Positions 1-16,729 of a stretch of DNA of 64,000 nt are shown piece after piece. Both the position numbers and the translations under genes were made by a program. The DNA comes from Eledone cirrhosa (Eukaryota), in contig OZ024759.1 in the NCBI GenBank assembly GCA_964016885.1, forward strand, positions 31,310,001 through 31,374,000, given 5' to 3'. The notes under the pieces are model-generated. The model was not told the DNA's origin, did not search any database, and saw nothing but the letters and a program-made list of their open reading frames with translations. Numbering within the stretch: the first letter of the stretch is position 1; the number at the start of each line of letters is the position of its first letter.

Positions 1-73
1 GGCGATGAACTTTGCTTCATTTATAATCCAGAAGATAGTAGATAATGTCCCACAATAATATCAAAAGACGGAG

Positions 74-186
<113 letters not shown>

Positions 187-291
187 AGAGGTTATATTTA
201 ATTTGTTGGGATACAACAAGCAAAATATTTTTATAACTGATATAAAGCACTCAAAATATGTATAATGAAATAAATATGGTTTTATAAATAT

Positions 292-364
<73 letters not shown>

Positions 365-602
365 CAGTGGACTTAACAAGCTGTAAACTATACAGATTCA
401 CTTGAAGAGAAAACAAAATTCACTCTAAAACTATTAGCGATATTGCTACCAAATGTTTTCTTGACGATTGAACTTAGCTACCATTCTCAGTCCATCTAGG
501 AACTTCCGTTATATTGAAACGAGGTCCCAAAAAGGACCGAATATGATAGAAAAGTTTGTAGATAGAATATATTCCGATTTCAAACCCCCCATAAAACAAA
601 GA

Positions 603-648
<46 letters not shown>

Positions 649-1482
649 CTGTTTCTACGTTTGGCACAAGGCCAGAAATTACCCAGTGTATTACTGGTAC
701 TTTATTTTATCGACCCCGTAAGGATGAAAGGCAAAGTTAACCTCGGCGGGATTATCTTTCAGTGTTATATATATATATATAACACTGAAAGATATATTAC
801 ATATTCGTAGGGCTTATACTCTCACGCAAATATCTATGTTTTTACTGAGCGAATAAACGTATAAACGTAGGCATAAACATGTGGTTTCCCCCAGTAAATT
901 AGGGAATGGTGTGAGGGATATTTGTCTCCTATTTCTAGCTGGTCCCAGATAAGACAAAGTCCCAGAAAGGACCGAATATGATAGAAAAGTTTGCCGATGA
1001 AATATATTCCGATTTCAAATTCATAAAACAAAGAAGATATGTATATATATGTATATATATGTGTGTGTGTATAAATAGATGACCCCTTAGCCTTTGTCAA
1101 GGCAGAATTCTAGGAGAAGGAAAACTCTGATATAACACCTGCAACTCTGATGGTATCCAATGATGTTGACTTGTTCTTCTTTTTGGTAAATATCATCTTG
1201 GTTAAGAGAGTGGGACTGGCTTTGTGCAGTGCCTTTGCTCACTATAAAAGCTTCATGGCACAGGCATTGCTTTATATCTGGAGATCTCTCTGCACTTGTC
1301 GTCACATGGTACCATGGGCCCAGCACTATGTGTCAATAATTGTCACAAGTGTAGTGTTTGTACCAGAGTTTTCAAGTCGCTGGCTGGACTAAAAAGTCAC
1401 ACTCGTTCAGCGCATCGGTAGGGGTTCTCCTACATGGATATAAAGTAGTGGCCGTACTCGAAAACGAGTTGGCAGCCACCAT

Positions 1483-1555
<73 letters not shown>

Positions 1556-1899
1556 TATATCACAGAATGACATATTACTTTCAGTTATAACCAATACAAC
1601 AGTAAATGTTCTATTTGTTTACACATACACACAAACATCTATGTATGTACATAGCGAATAAACGTACACATATCAATGTCATTTCCTCATGATATGAGGG
1701 TGTGATGTGAGGGAGATGTTTCCGCTATTTCTAGCTGGTAGAATGACAATGTATATGTGTATAGACGTCTCCAATGACTTGGCATATTTCTGTTTGTATA
1801 TTATTCTATATTTCAATCAGTTTTCAACCACCTTTTTGAGTCGGATATATAAGACTGTCGGATATATAAGACTGTCGGTATTTATATCTTACTAACAAG

Positions 1900-2870
1900 A
1901 CATTGATCAACTTGCGACTATAAGGAAACATTAGTTGACGTTGCCACGCATTGAGACTAAACACAAAACAAGATGGCTGCAAAGCTAAACCTTTGTAGCC
2001 ATACAGCTCCACCTAACGTTGATTTATTAGAGTAGCCATGTCAACAAAACATCTCCCTACCTCCATCCGCTTAATATTTACATAACAAGCAATACCTCAA
2101 TATATTTTGTTTCAGTCAGTCTTGTATTGAAGTCTATACATATGTTTTACCCACAAGACATTGGTCAACACGAGATTATGGTAGAAGACGCCAGATTACG
2201 GTGCCACGCAATGAAACTGAACAAGAAGGAACATGGCTGCAAAGCAAAACATTTTTAGTCACACAGCTCCACCTATAGTCGATTTTTGTTATAGTAACCA
2301 TGTCAAAAACAAATCTCCCCACCCCGACTTAATATTTACATATCAAACTTTTTTAGCCACACAGCTCCACCTATCGTTGATTGCCATGCAATGAGACTGA
2401 ACATGAAGAAACATGGCTGCGAAGCTGAACATTTTTAGCCACAAAGTTCCACCTATCGTTGATTTCCACGCAATGAGAGTGAACACGAAGCAACATGGCT
2501 GAAGAGCAAAACTTTTTAACTACGAAACTCCACCTATCGTTCATTGCCAAGCAGTGAGACTGAGCAAAAGACAATTTTGCTGCAAAGCAAAATATTTTTA
2601 GTCACACAGCTCCACCTATCGTTGAATCCCACGCAGTGAGACTAAACACGAAGCAACATGGCTGAAGAGTAAAGCCTTTTAACGACACAGCTCCACCTAT
2701 CATTGATTGCCACGCAATGAAACTGAACAAAAAACAATGGTGGTTGCAAAGCAAATTTAGAGTTGTTGTGTTTTTTTTTACAGTAACCATATCAATAACA
2801 CATCTCCTACCCACCAACCCATCCGCTTAATCTTTACATAGCAAACAATACCTTAATAGATTTCTTTCAT
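1900..2870. repeat. ~82-bp minisatellite nested in a longer duplicated unit; resembles a SINE tRNA head
   Basis: cacagctccacctatcgttgattgccacgcaatgagactgaac recurs at ~82-bp spacing between 2355 and 2750. Confidence 0.8.
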
Positions 2871-3306
2871 GTGCAGTGAAGAGCGATACAAGAAAGATAA
2901 CTTAGACTAAATAAATTTCACGTTGCGACGCACCAAAGTATTTTTCAACAATAAAAATAATCAGGTGTTTTAGTATCTGGTAGAATTTCTTTTAGATTGT
3001 TATATGTCTGGCATGTTAGAAATTCCCTCGTTTGTTTGGATTTCAAGTGATTTGATGTGAGTTTGAAATAATTTTTTTTTTTACATTTGTATTTGCATTT
3101 GTATTTCTATTTTTATGTATTTTATATTTCAGTAATTTCATTGTAGAATGCCTCTTGCTTCCTTTCAAGAGCTGTGTTGAACTTGTCCGTTGGTTTTCAA
3201 AAGAAATCAACTTTGCGTTTGAATGTATTGATACTGACAATAGTCAGATGAGATAGATTAAGAATTCTCACAGTATATTAGATGTACAGACACACACTTA
3301 CACACC

Positions 3307-3409
<103 letters not shown>

Positions 3410-3434
3410 ATGTATATATATATACACACACACC

Positions 3435-3523
<89 letters not shown>

Positions 3524-3559
3524 ATGTGTGTGTGTGTGTGTGTATATATATACATATTT

Positions 3560-3659
<100 letters not shown>

Positions 3660-3783
3660 ATGTATATATATACACACACACATATATTGGGGTAATAACA
3701 TTTCGGGCATTTTCAGTTTATTACAATCATGTTTACTTTATTGGGGAGATATATAAAGTATTTTCACTAAATATACTTATGAG

Positions 3784-3838
<55 letters not shown>

Positions 3839-5038
3839 TACTATGTAATATAATTTTAGATATGTTTAGCCTATTATAATTGTGTTACTGTAGATGTTTT
3901 ATTGCTGCTGCTGTTGTATGTTTTCAGTTTTATTGAAACTAAATAGACACGATTTCTCTATATCCTTATTCCGACCAACCAATCAACTTGCTGATATTTT
4001 GTCACGTGTTTCTATAACTATTGTTTGGTGATTCTGAACATGAAACTTTAAGTAACAAAATAATGTTACAGCTACAAAGTTAGACATAGATACATATATA
4101 TATATATATATATATATACCAGCAGAATACCCGTCAAAATTATGGAGTTTATAGTTTGTAGTGTATACACACACATATATATATATATGTGTGTGTAAGT
4201 ATGTTTTTGAAACAGTGAGCGAGTTTGAAATTAGAAATATAAGCTAGCACCGTATTTTTTACTAAAGTAATTTCCAGAGAAATGGAAAAAGATGAGTATT
4301 GACGTACATGGGAGTCGAACCCACATCTTTGGTTATCCAGATATATATATATATATACTTTATCCAGATATATGTCCTACGCCATCTTGTTTTTGTGTGT
4401 GTTATCAACACAAAAACAAGATGGCGTAAGACAGAACAAAGGAGAGGCACAAAACAAAGAAAAGAATCCCCAGTTACTGAACAGGTCACAGAATGTGTGA
4501 CGAAAGAACTTTGACAATATATGAACATCCGTCCGGTTGTGGAACCAACCAACCGGAAATTTATAAATTTCTTTTGAAAAAAAATTTTTTTTAATTTATA
4601 ATAAATTGAAGTGAAAGCAACTGGTGCGTGCGTTTCTTATTGGCAACATGACCCTCCCAAAGTATAACAATATATATATATATATATATATCCAGGGACG
4701 AGCCGCGGATTACAGAGTCGGGTTAGATCGATACAGATCGAACTTTGAGCTGATCAGTGGGGAAACGCGCGTTACCAACCAATAAACGTAATGAAGGAGT
4801 AACCTTGTTATTTTATTTCACTATATATATATATATAACGAAGGAAATGTGGTAAGGAACCAGGTGGACCATAACGCACCAAAGTACTCAATACTTAGGG
4901 TAGTAGAGTGGGTAATAGGAACGAGTAGGACCCCGACGGCTGAGCTCAAGTCGTTTCGACGGCTAATTCTGGACTTTTTAGTCCAGAATTAGCCGTCGAA
5001 ACGGCTTGAGCTCAGCCGTCGGGGTCCTACTCGTTCCT

Positions 5039-5184
<146 letters not shown>

Positions 5185-5420
5185 CATACATATCCCAGGG
5201 TTAAATATCTGTGGCTGTTGTGAGCATCTATTACTGAAAGGAGATGACTTTGCATATTTTTTTGTCTTCCTAAAATCGATAAAACAGAACCAGTCCATTG
5301 CTGAGCTTCATTCGCTTGATTAATCCTTTGGAAGACATATTTGGGCTCCGTGTGACAATATGAGAAATCGATATTGTAAGGTTGTATGCCACATCTGGGG
5401 AAAACACGTTATTAAATGGA

Positions 5421-5521
<101 letters not shown>

Positions 5522-5639
5522 GTTTAAAATATGTGAATAGATAGAGAAATAGAATATATGTTGGACCTGATAAAACTAACTTGCAACCGTCTGGGCATTC
5601 CAATATATATAGACACACATGTATATATATGTATAAATA

Positions 5640-6070
<431 letters not shown>

Positions 6071-6134
6071 TATATATACACACAAATACATACAAATATA
6101 TATATAAAATAAGAGACGAGATCACATACTGAGG

Positions 6135-6224
6135 CATATCTGAGGATCTTTCTATTCCAAAGTCAGGTTCGATCACTAATAGATTGTTCCTCGAGCTGAT
6201 CGACAGTGAAACATATGTAATATG
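6135..6224 (+). ncRNA. Type I hammerhead with long stem II insert (family L); relatives at ~4695-4777, 22383-22465 and 28391-28473
   Basis: catat-CTGAGGA-(~60 nt including tcgatca/tgatcga)-GAAA-catatg-TA-atatg. Confidence 0.75.
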
Positions 6225-6639
6225 TTATTAAATATGTAATGATGCAACACTGATTCTTTGTTCCTTTATTCTTATACTATTATACTCTGCACTGCACGAG
6301 CATCGAGTGCTCACCCAGCATACCGCCTACAGATGCAATTATCCTGCACGTATACACCATCATCCACTTTTCTAGAAAAATAAATCCTACACAAAACGCC
6401 AGCATCAACAGTTTTCCAAGAGATGTCAACATGAATGGACCTGTTATTTTTATCTAAAGACATTTTTTCCAATTCCAGTCCGCCCCCGTCCCTTCAATCT
6501 ATCTTATTTCTCATTCTTTCTTCTGGAGAAGGACTAGCGTCCGAAACGTTAAGACCCTCTTCCTGCTATATCAAGCGTTAACCTAATATATCCCTTCCAT
6601 ATACTGTACGGATTATGTTGTTATTTCAGTTTACCTTAA

Positions 6640-6683
<44 letters not shown>

Positions 6684-6722
6684 AGATATATATATATATG
6701 TATATATATATATGTATATATG

Positions 6723-6754
<32 letters not shown>

Positions 6755-7139
6755 TGTATGTATGTATGTATGTATGTATGTATGTATCAATAAAGAGATA
6801 CAGATTGTAATGTTGGAAATAATTATGCACAGAAAATTCTATGAACAATTACACAAACACAATGAACGAAAGTAATTTTCCTCTTGAATATTAATTGCGA
6901 AAAAATACAATATAATGGATAGAATATATTAATATTCAGTAATATATTGATATTCCAAAATGTTTTAACGTAAAAATATTTGGTTTTTTTTAATATATTT
7001 TTTGAATTTATCTGATAGTTTTAAAGAATCTTTAACATATAGAAAGTAAATTTTCAACTTTATAAAATTATTATTTCACGTTTTAATCATTAGCTCGATA
7101 TGATTTTTAGAAACTGGTATTTTTTCGATACGATGACAC

Positions 7140-7321
<182 letters not shown>

Positions 7322-8358
7322 GCGTGCGTGTGTGTGTGTGCGTGCGTGTGTGTTTACGGTATATGTATCGGTGTGTAAATATAAACGCGCAGAATATAAA
7401 CAGACACTCTTACAAGAATACACACTCGCAGACATACATTCACACAAACATATATATTCATACAAACACATACATTTACACAAACACACGCATTCACACA
7501 AGCATATACATTCACACAAACACATACATTCACACAAACATATATTCACACAAACACATATATTCATACAAACACATACATTTACACAAACACATACATT
7601 CACACAAACATACATTCACACAAACACATACATTCACACAAACACATACATTCACACAAACACACACATTCACACAAACACACACACACACAAACATACA
7701 TTGTGTGACGGACGGACGGAAGTCACTCAAATTTATATATAGGTAAATATATCATGCTTATATAAGTCTGGGGAGGGTCAGATATTATCCCCATTGCCTA
7801 AGGTGTCATCGGTAGGGAATCACTAGATATATAACATGGTCATTTCGCCAGAACCTGTTGCAACCTCTAGGGTGGTATAATCCGATATCCCAATGTGGGT
7901 AGGACGGATGTCAGGAAGGACGCTTTAGATCCTACACACAAAACAGCCTAACCCGCTTTAACGTCCTCTTAGGTTATGTACCGTAACCAGCATAGTAATA
8001 ATGATCCAGGTACACACTCGATAGAAAGTGACTCCATAATCCAACATCCAAATAGAAGTGAAAATTTAGACTGGCATATCGTAGGTATATTAGAAAATGT
8101 TGATTTCTTGTCGCCTCATGAAAGATAACTATAATAATAGTTGCCTACAATAGATATTAGTTGAAGAAATCGTGTAAAGTATCAGTGGAGGTGAGAATAT
8201 ATGGAGGTATTTTATTTCATGTTACTCTAGTTTACTCAACTGGGAAAAATTAATTGCGACGATACTGGTACCAATGTCTATTGGTCTTTGTCTTTCCCTT
8301 GGGCTACATCATATATAGTGTATACACATAGTGTATATATATAGTGTATATATATATA

Positions 8359-8451
<93 letters not shown>

Positions 8452-8492
8452 CGAAACATAAGTCAATTGCATGAACTCATAATCCTTTATTT

Positions 8493-8548
8493 ACTGCTAT
8501 ATATATTTCGATGATAGCTATTGAATGGCTATGACCTCATCAGGCAGT
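8493..8548 (-). ncRNA. Type I hammerhead ribozyme (family E); decayed + strand copy at ~51103-51158
   Basis: revcomp actgc-CTGATGA-ggtcatagc...gctatcatc-GAAA-tatata-TA-gcagt: perfect 5-bp stem I. Confidence 0.85.
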
Positions 8549-10594
8549 TAGTCAGTTCTTAGATATGCCAGCTCTGTGTTTATGGTGTTGATGGTTTTAG
8601 AACCTTAGGACATATGAACTTGTTAGGGATAATTTAATGTAGTCAGCAGGAATAATCTTAATTCTCATTGGTCAGTTTGTAGATGCTAGTAGGGTTGGTA
8701 TTTGACCTCAAAGAGGCAGGTGGTGTTGTAAAGTTCAAACCGTCAGACAAGATGACAATAGTTCCATATGACTGATTTTCACAAAAAGCATTCCACCCTA
8801 GAGGTTCCAACAGGTTCTGGCGAAATGACCATGTTATATATCTAGTGATTCCCTACCGATGACACCTTAGGCAATGGGATAACATCTGACCCTCCCCAGA
8901 CTTATATAAGCATGATATATTTATATGTATATATATATATATATATATGCATGATATGTTTATATAGATATACAGTATATATATGTATATTTAAACCTTG
9001 CATTAATTTAACAAAATAGTCTATGTAAATAGATGACAGTAACTAAACATGCATGTAAATATAACTAGGCAGATGTGAACTGATTAAATATTAAAAAACC
9101 ACATAATACATACTGTAAAGGTGGATGTGGGAAGAGAACCATTTCCATATTGGTCAGAAATATACACTTCCTTTACTTAACCGGAAGTAGCGTGACAGAT
9201 AGTGACTTCGGAATTGGTGAGGAAAGAAATAACATAGGGAAACATCACACTTGAAATTGTTCACTCAGAAAAGAAAACATATTCTTAAAGAATGTGACGC
9301 CATACTGTGATCTGAAGTACTATGTTATGTATAACATTGAAGTTTCTTACGTTTATATTTCACCGGAAACAATAGAGAGCAATATGTGTCGCAGAAATAG
9401 TGTATAACGTACTATACATAGACATTTTCATCAATGGGAAAGAAATAAAATGAAAAAAAAAAAAAACAATAATTATATATCACTGAAAAAAAATAACAGC
9501 AAAAATTAAAATAGTGAAAAAATAAACTTCACGATGTCTTGCATAGATCGGGAATTTATGACGTAGTTTATCTTACTCTAAGCTAAACATATGTTCTATG
9601 TCTCGCGTCACTAGACAATTTGTTGGCAAGTTGGTGACATTTTAATTCTAGCTAAAAGATTTACGAAAGCGTAAAAGTGATTTAGTACGCATAAACGAAA
9701 TGTATTTGAATCATTCAATTCATTCTTAGCACTCGTTAAGTTCTTTAATGCAAATAGGTGTACTTGAGGGGATTTTTTTAAACATAACAAAAAAACAAAA
9801 ACAGTTAGTTTAATATACGATGCAAAATAATTTAAAGGTATATATAACATTCTACGACACGTTACCTCGTGGCTACACGGCTAATAATAACACGAAATTA
9901 ACGAAATACATAAAAGGAACGAAAGATAGTTCTATTGGCAATTTTATTTATCAAAGATTTGTAAAAGAATTAGCCAAAGTTACATTTTCTTTTGGTTAAT
10001 GAACTGCTTGGATAAAGATCTTCTCTGGAAGCAATGATATACATTGTTAATTACAGAGAATGTCAACAGATTGCGGAACATAATACGTATTTCAATAAAT
10101 ATAATTACTTATCGAAATAGAAACATTTAATAAAATTATCTTCTCTGAATTCATGTAGATAATACTATATAATATATTTAAAAGTCGTTGAACTTTGTCT
10201 GTAATACGGTCTTTGTTTTAATAGATTGAATTTCATTGATACCAACTAAGTGGTAAAACAGTTTCCAAATTGGAACCCTTTTATTCAATTGTGTGGCTTC
10301 CCTAGGCAAGGTCGATTTTGTAAGATAGCATTATATTAATACAGATAATCTGATAAAATATACTTGTATGATGCGGTAAATAAATATATATATATACACA
10401 CCAGGTCCGAACACAAAGGAACCAAACTCCCAATGTCACTGCCTCCGTCTCTCCAGCTCTCCCTAACTCTCAGCATTAAGTATGCTTCTGTGTGTCTATG
10501 TATGCTTCTATGTGTGTAGTGCGTGTATAGCGTATATGTATGTTGCTTGCCATACATATTTGATGATATACACATCGATAGGTTTATAACGTAA

Positions 10595-10635
10595 CCGAGC
10601 TGAGGATCGACATGAGCTGAAACATTTGTTCTCGG
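10595..10635 (+). ncRNA. Minimal type I hammerhead (family N)
   Basis: ccgag-CTGAGGA-tcgacatgagct-GAAA-catttg-TT-ctcgg: perfect 5-bp stem I, weak stem II; the downstream flank recurs at 49281-49348. Confidence 0.7.
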
Positions 10636-10988
10636 CATGGTGAACTAACTGTTGTAGAACTACTTCTACCAAACTCGTCCCATGGACTGAGTGCTCTACT
10701 ACTACGGATATTACCTTCCAGTGTTCTACTATTAAATATATATATATATATTTAAAATATATATATATATATATATAAATTAATAAAAACAATGAATAAA
10801 AACAAAGAACAAGTTCCTTATATTTAAAAATTCATCATTTTACGATCGTTTCTAGGATATATATGTGTGTTGGTATGTATATCATATAGATCTATGTAAA
10901 ATTATTACAAACTATCAGAGGAAATATACATACCTTCACATATATATGCTGTCTTCAGACATGATGAGATTTGTTTATTGAAAACAAC

Positions 10989-11020
<32 letters not shown>

Positions 11021-11499
11021 CAAACACACATATATATATATATACAAATTTAGAGATTAATAGCATGGAAGGCTACAAATATTATTTCTTTGTGCATTGA
11101 AATTCACACTTGAAAACAACACCAAAACCATATATATATATATATATATATAGGAAAAAGTATGACCCCGACGGCAGAGCTCAAGCCGTTTCGACGACTA
11201 TTTCTGCCCTCTATATCGGGGTCATACTTTTTCCTATTTCCCACTCTACTACCCTAAGTATTGAGTACTCTGGTGCGTTATGGTCCATCTGGTTCCTTAC
11301 CACAACTCCTTTGTTATATATATATATATATATATATGCAAAGTTTTATTTAAATTGTTGGGTTACAACGAGTAAATATTTATAACTGATATAAAAGCAC
11401 TCAACAAGTATTTGGAGTATATTTACGAAATAAAATATATATATGAAATAAAATGAAAACGAAATTTCATTTCTCACTCTTAGTACGGCACTTACTTAA

Positions 11500-11879
11500 A
11501 TGTAAGTATGTGTGTATACGTACATACATATATGTATACAGACGTACAGTAGCATGCATATATATACATATATATATATATATATACATACATATACATA
11601 TATACATACAGGTACACATACATATATGCACGTATCAGTTTAGCGGACGCTTATTATAACGCCGCTTTGTTCGATTGTAAACAAACTGAACAGCCTGAAT
11701 TTTTATGCCGTACGGTGTTAAGGCAACCACGTCACCTTTTTGTTCAACACTGACACAGGAGGCATAAAAATTCAGGCTGTTCAGTTTGTTTACAAACGAA
11801 CAAAGCGGCGTTATAATAAGCGTCCGCTAAACTGATACGTGCATATATGTATGTGTACCTGTATGTATATATGTATATG

Positions 11880-11914
<35 letters not shown>

Positions 11915-12343
11915 ATAAATTAACGGAGGCATAGGCCGTCGTTATTCCCTGTAAATAATGTGCTCAAAGGGGAAGAGATCCTGAGCCCTTTAGAATATAA
12001 TATGTTGAGAAGGTAACACACCAGAGAGAGATATATAGTGCGTTATCAATAATACAGGGAAAAAACCACCAGTGTATGGAATCTATAACCTATGAAAGGC
12101 AGACTATAGACACGATAATTAAAAATATAATTTATATTTTTAATTATCGTGTCTATAGTCTGCCTTTCATAGGTTATAGATTCCATACACTGGTGGTTTT
12201 TTCCCTGTATTATTGATAACGCACTATATATCTCTCTCTGGTGTGTTACCTTCTCAACATATTATATATATATATATGTATATATATGCATGCTACTGTA
12301 CGTCTGTATACATATATGTATGTACGTATACACACATACTTAC

Positions 12344-12345
<2 letters not shown>
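11500..12345. repeat. Large fold-back element with a second palindrome (~12008-12262) nested in its right arm
   Basis: 11500-11709 is the reverse complement of 11761-11885 plus 12287-12345. Confidence 0.8.
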
Positions 12346-12393
<48 letters not shown>

Positions 12394-12394
<1 letters not shown>

Positions 12395-12523
12395 CAACCT
12401 CGGTGAACACTGGCTCAAAGCAGCCTCGGTCAACACTGGCACAAAGCAGTCAAAGTGAACGCTGGTTCAACGCAGTCAGAGTGAACGCCGACTCAACACG
12501 GTCTAGGTGAACCTTGGCTCAAG
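12394..12523. repeat. 26-bp diverged tandem repeat, 5 copies
   Basis: gcaacctcggtgaacactggctcaaa and variants. Confidence 0.75.
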
Positions 12524-12926
12524 TACAACAAAGTTTTACTGGCAATATGCCAGATGCTTAAGTAACTAAGTGGAATCCACTAGAGTAGGTCTCACAGAAT
12601 GTAACGACAGTATTGTATTTCCAAAGCTTCAGATTTAAATGCATGAATCCAAATCAAAGAAATTAAATACGGTAAGATATTTAATTGAGATTTCTATCAT
12701 ATCTGCCATAGCACACACACACCCCTCCTACCCCTTTCACAGAAATAATACAGAAGATTAGAAATAGATTGATTTCAATAAAGAATATTAAGGCTAAAAT
12801 AGATAGAAATAGATAATAACGTTCATGAAATATCTTCAAGCAGAATTACTGGTGAATGTTATTATAAACTATAATAGAAGTCAGCTAAAGTTCATTTAAG
12901 TATCTAGAATATATGTATATTATATA

Positions 12927-13023
<97 letters not shown>

Positions 13024-13175
13024 GTGTGTATTTACACGTATATTTGCATATTTGTAAACGTATATATACTCACTCACACATATCTATATACTTATATACA
13101 TACAAGACACAAACATTAAAAAAATATTTTATATATATATATATACAATTTGGATATCTTTCTCTCTCCCTCTCC

Positions 13176-13235
<60 letters not shown>

Positions 13236-13337
13236 TTCTTTCTAGTATATATATATAAAGCAGAATTGGGTATCTTTCGCTTTCTCTCGTGTACATACAA
13301 ACACACACATATATATATATATATTTCTCTCGCTCTT

Positions 13338-13391
<54 letters not shown>

Positions 13392-13396
13392 TATAC

Positions 13397-13480
<84 letters not shown>

Positions 13481-13491
13481 CATATATATAC

Positions 13492-13539
<48 letters not shown>

Positions 13540-13633
13540 ATATATATATATAGATATATATAGATATATATATATAGATATATACAAAGAGCGAGAGAAA
13601 TAGATAGATATACATATATATATAACAAAGAGG

Positions 13634-13786
<153 letters not shown>

Positions 13787-14381
13787 ACGAGAGAAAGAGA
13801 AACATACCCAATTCTGCTTTATTTGCCTGGAGGACTACGTCTATATTTCTCATTTATTTAAGTCCTCCTACATAATATTACTGTGATTGAAAAACCAGAT
13901 AATTATTCGAATCGTTTTGGCATAAAAGAAACATCATTCTGTAGTTTCCTTGGCAAAGAAAAGTTCATTCTCGTTCACAAACTAATGACAGAGTTTCATT
14001 GTGATTCATTCTCTTCTGGAATGTTCTATACTAGTTCCACTCAAATTAAAATCGTTGTTAGACAATAGCGTATAGGATGAAATACATTTACATAATCCCT
14101 GGCTGCAAATGGCAGATTAGACTGTCACGGGTGGCAAACATATGACTACAGTTAGAATCAATTCGGCATAGTACTGGCCACAAAAAATATATATATATAT
14201 TCTAACCTTCATGCTAGATGATATCTCCCGAATGAAACAGTATATGTAGTCCTGTAGCAGCCATTCCTATATTAAATATTTATACTCTGCTATGTATTGA
14301 GTACCTAACTTACTGTGGTCACCCCCGATTGAACCCGGCATAAACATATATATATATATATATATATAAATGTGTGTGTAC

Positions 14382-14556
<175 letters not shown>

Positions 14557-14562
14557 TATATA

Positions 14563-14711
14563 CAGGGTCTCCCAAAAAATGTATACAAACTTTGATTACC
14601 TGTACAGGCAATATTTATTAAAATACTGTTATAGTGTGTATATATATATATGCTATAAGCGTTCTTTGTTATTTATTTGTTATAGTGTGTATACATTTTT
14701 GGGACACCCTG
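14563..14711. mobile_element. Tc1/mariner-type MITE
   Basis: TIRs cagggtctcccaaaaaatgtataca / tgtatacatttttgggacaccctg, inserted in a TA tract. Confidence 0.75.
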
Positions 14712-14726
14712 TGTATATATACATAT

Positions 14727-14783
<57 letters not shown>

Positions 14784-14984
14784 AACCAGTAAGACCCCGA
14801 CAGCTGAGCTCAAGCCGTTTCGACGGCTAATTTTGGACTAGAATTAGCCGTCCAGAATTAGCCGTCGAAACGGCTTGAGCTCAGCTGTCGGGGTCTTACT
14901 GGTTCCTATTACCCACTCTACTACCTCAAGTATTGAGTACTTTGGTGCGTTATGGTCCACCTGGTTCCTTACCACATTTCCTTC

Positions 14985-15074
<90 letters not shown>

Positions 15075-15567
15075 TTGAAATTATTATTGAACAAACACTC
15101 ATATGTGTGACCTAAAAATTATTGTGTTACTACTCCTAATTAAAATTTGTATTAGTAGAGTTGACTTTAGGTTCCAATGGTGTCTTTACGACTTTGGTTA
15201 TCCTATATAATTGTCAGACAGACAGACAGACAGACAGACAGATAGATAGAGAGAGGGGAGGAGAAAGTCTGCTTCTATATTTGGTAAGGGAATGGCATTA
15301 GATGATTACTGTGTTGTTTGTACTTAAGAACCAGTAAATACAAAATTTGAATGAATAAAATGAAAAAGAATATTGAAAAGAAGCTTTCTGTATCGCCATA
15401 TAAGGTCATATTGCTTTTAGATTCAAGATATCTTTGAAGAATGAAGTGTTACTGAGAAAATGCCCTACAAACTTCCGATAAGATATACACACCAATATAT
15501 ATATGTACACACACAGTTATATATATATATATATATAAAATATATATATATATATATATATAATATA

Positions 15568-15610
<43 letters not shown>

Positions 15611-15734
15611 TTTATATATATATATATATATATATTTTAATCTATCTGCATTTATATGTGTTAGTCTGTCTGCCTGTCTGTTTGTGTTCTGTGCGTTTAA
15701 ATATGTGTGTGGGCATATATATATACATATATAG

Positions 15735-15836
<102 letters not shown>

Positions 15837-15966
15837 GGAGTGTCTGTGGTACGAAGTCCGGAAAGACCCCTAATCAAAGTAGTACTCGATGCATTATTGA
15901 AAGCAGCGAGGGTATATTTCGAAAGAAATATACCTATATATATATATATATATAGGTATATATATA

Positions 15967-16043
<77 letters not shown>

Positions 16044-16161
16044 GTGTATATATATATATGTATATCTATATATGTATATATATATGCCCACACACATATT
16101 TAAACGCACAGAACACAAACAGACAGGCAGACAGACTAACACATATAAATGCAGATAGATT

Positions 16162-16233
<72 letters not shown>

Positions 16234-16258
16234 GAGGTAGATGGCTAGATATGTGTAG

Positions 16259-16349
<91 letters not shown>

Positions 16350-16678
16350 GGGGGGTGTCTATCTTTAGGTATACTCAGTGACAGATAGAAAGAAAGAGAT
16401 AGAAAATCTGTGGTTTCTATATTAAGTATAGGGTGTAAGCCATATGTTGCTTCAGACGATATCTGCTCTTGTTAAACAGTAAATGCCAAATTTAAATTAA
16501 GGAAGATATACCGAAGTAACCTGCAGAGCTATTTAAGGTCATCTCCATTTTGAATCATCCTCGCTATCTCCAATCACGTATTGCTGAAATGCATCGCTGC
16601 TACGACTATCTTGTATGTGTATGCATATATATATATGTGTGTGTGTGTGTGTTTCTGTGTGTGTGTGTATATATATAT

Positions 16679-16729
16679 AGATTCCTGATGATTTCTAAAG
16701 AATGAAACAGTTCTAGTCCTGTAGAATCT
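16679..16729 (+). ncRNA. Type I hammerhead ribozyme (family H); other copies at 24232-24276 and (decayed) ~14212-14260
   Basis: agattc-CTGATGA-t ttc taaa gaa t-GAAA-cag ttctagtc ctg-TA-gaatct; stem III ACAG/CTGT, GUA triplet; stem II covaries (ttc/gaa versus ttt/aaa at 24241). Confidence 0.85.

Noticed and set aside
1150-1392. 80-aa ORF MVSNDVDLFF.. found in three places
   Set aside because: Conserved only because the repeat copies are nearly identical; no recognisable domain
5228-5290. CTGAAAGG..stem..AAAATCGATA hammerhead-like segment (a similar one lies at ~48330)
   Set aside because: Both core segments deviate and helix I is not convincing
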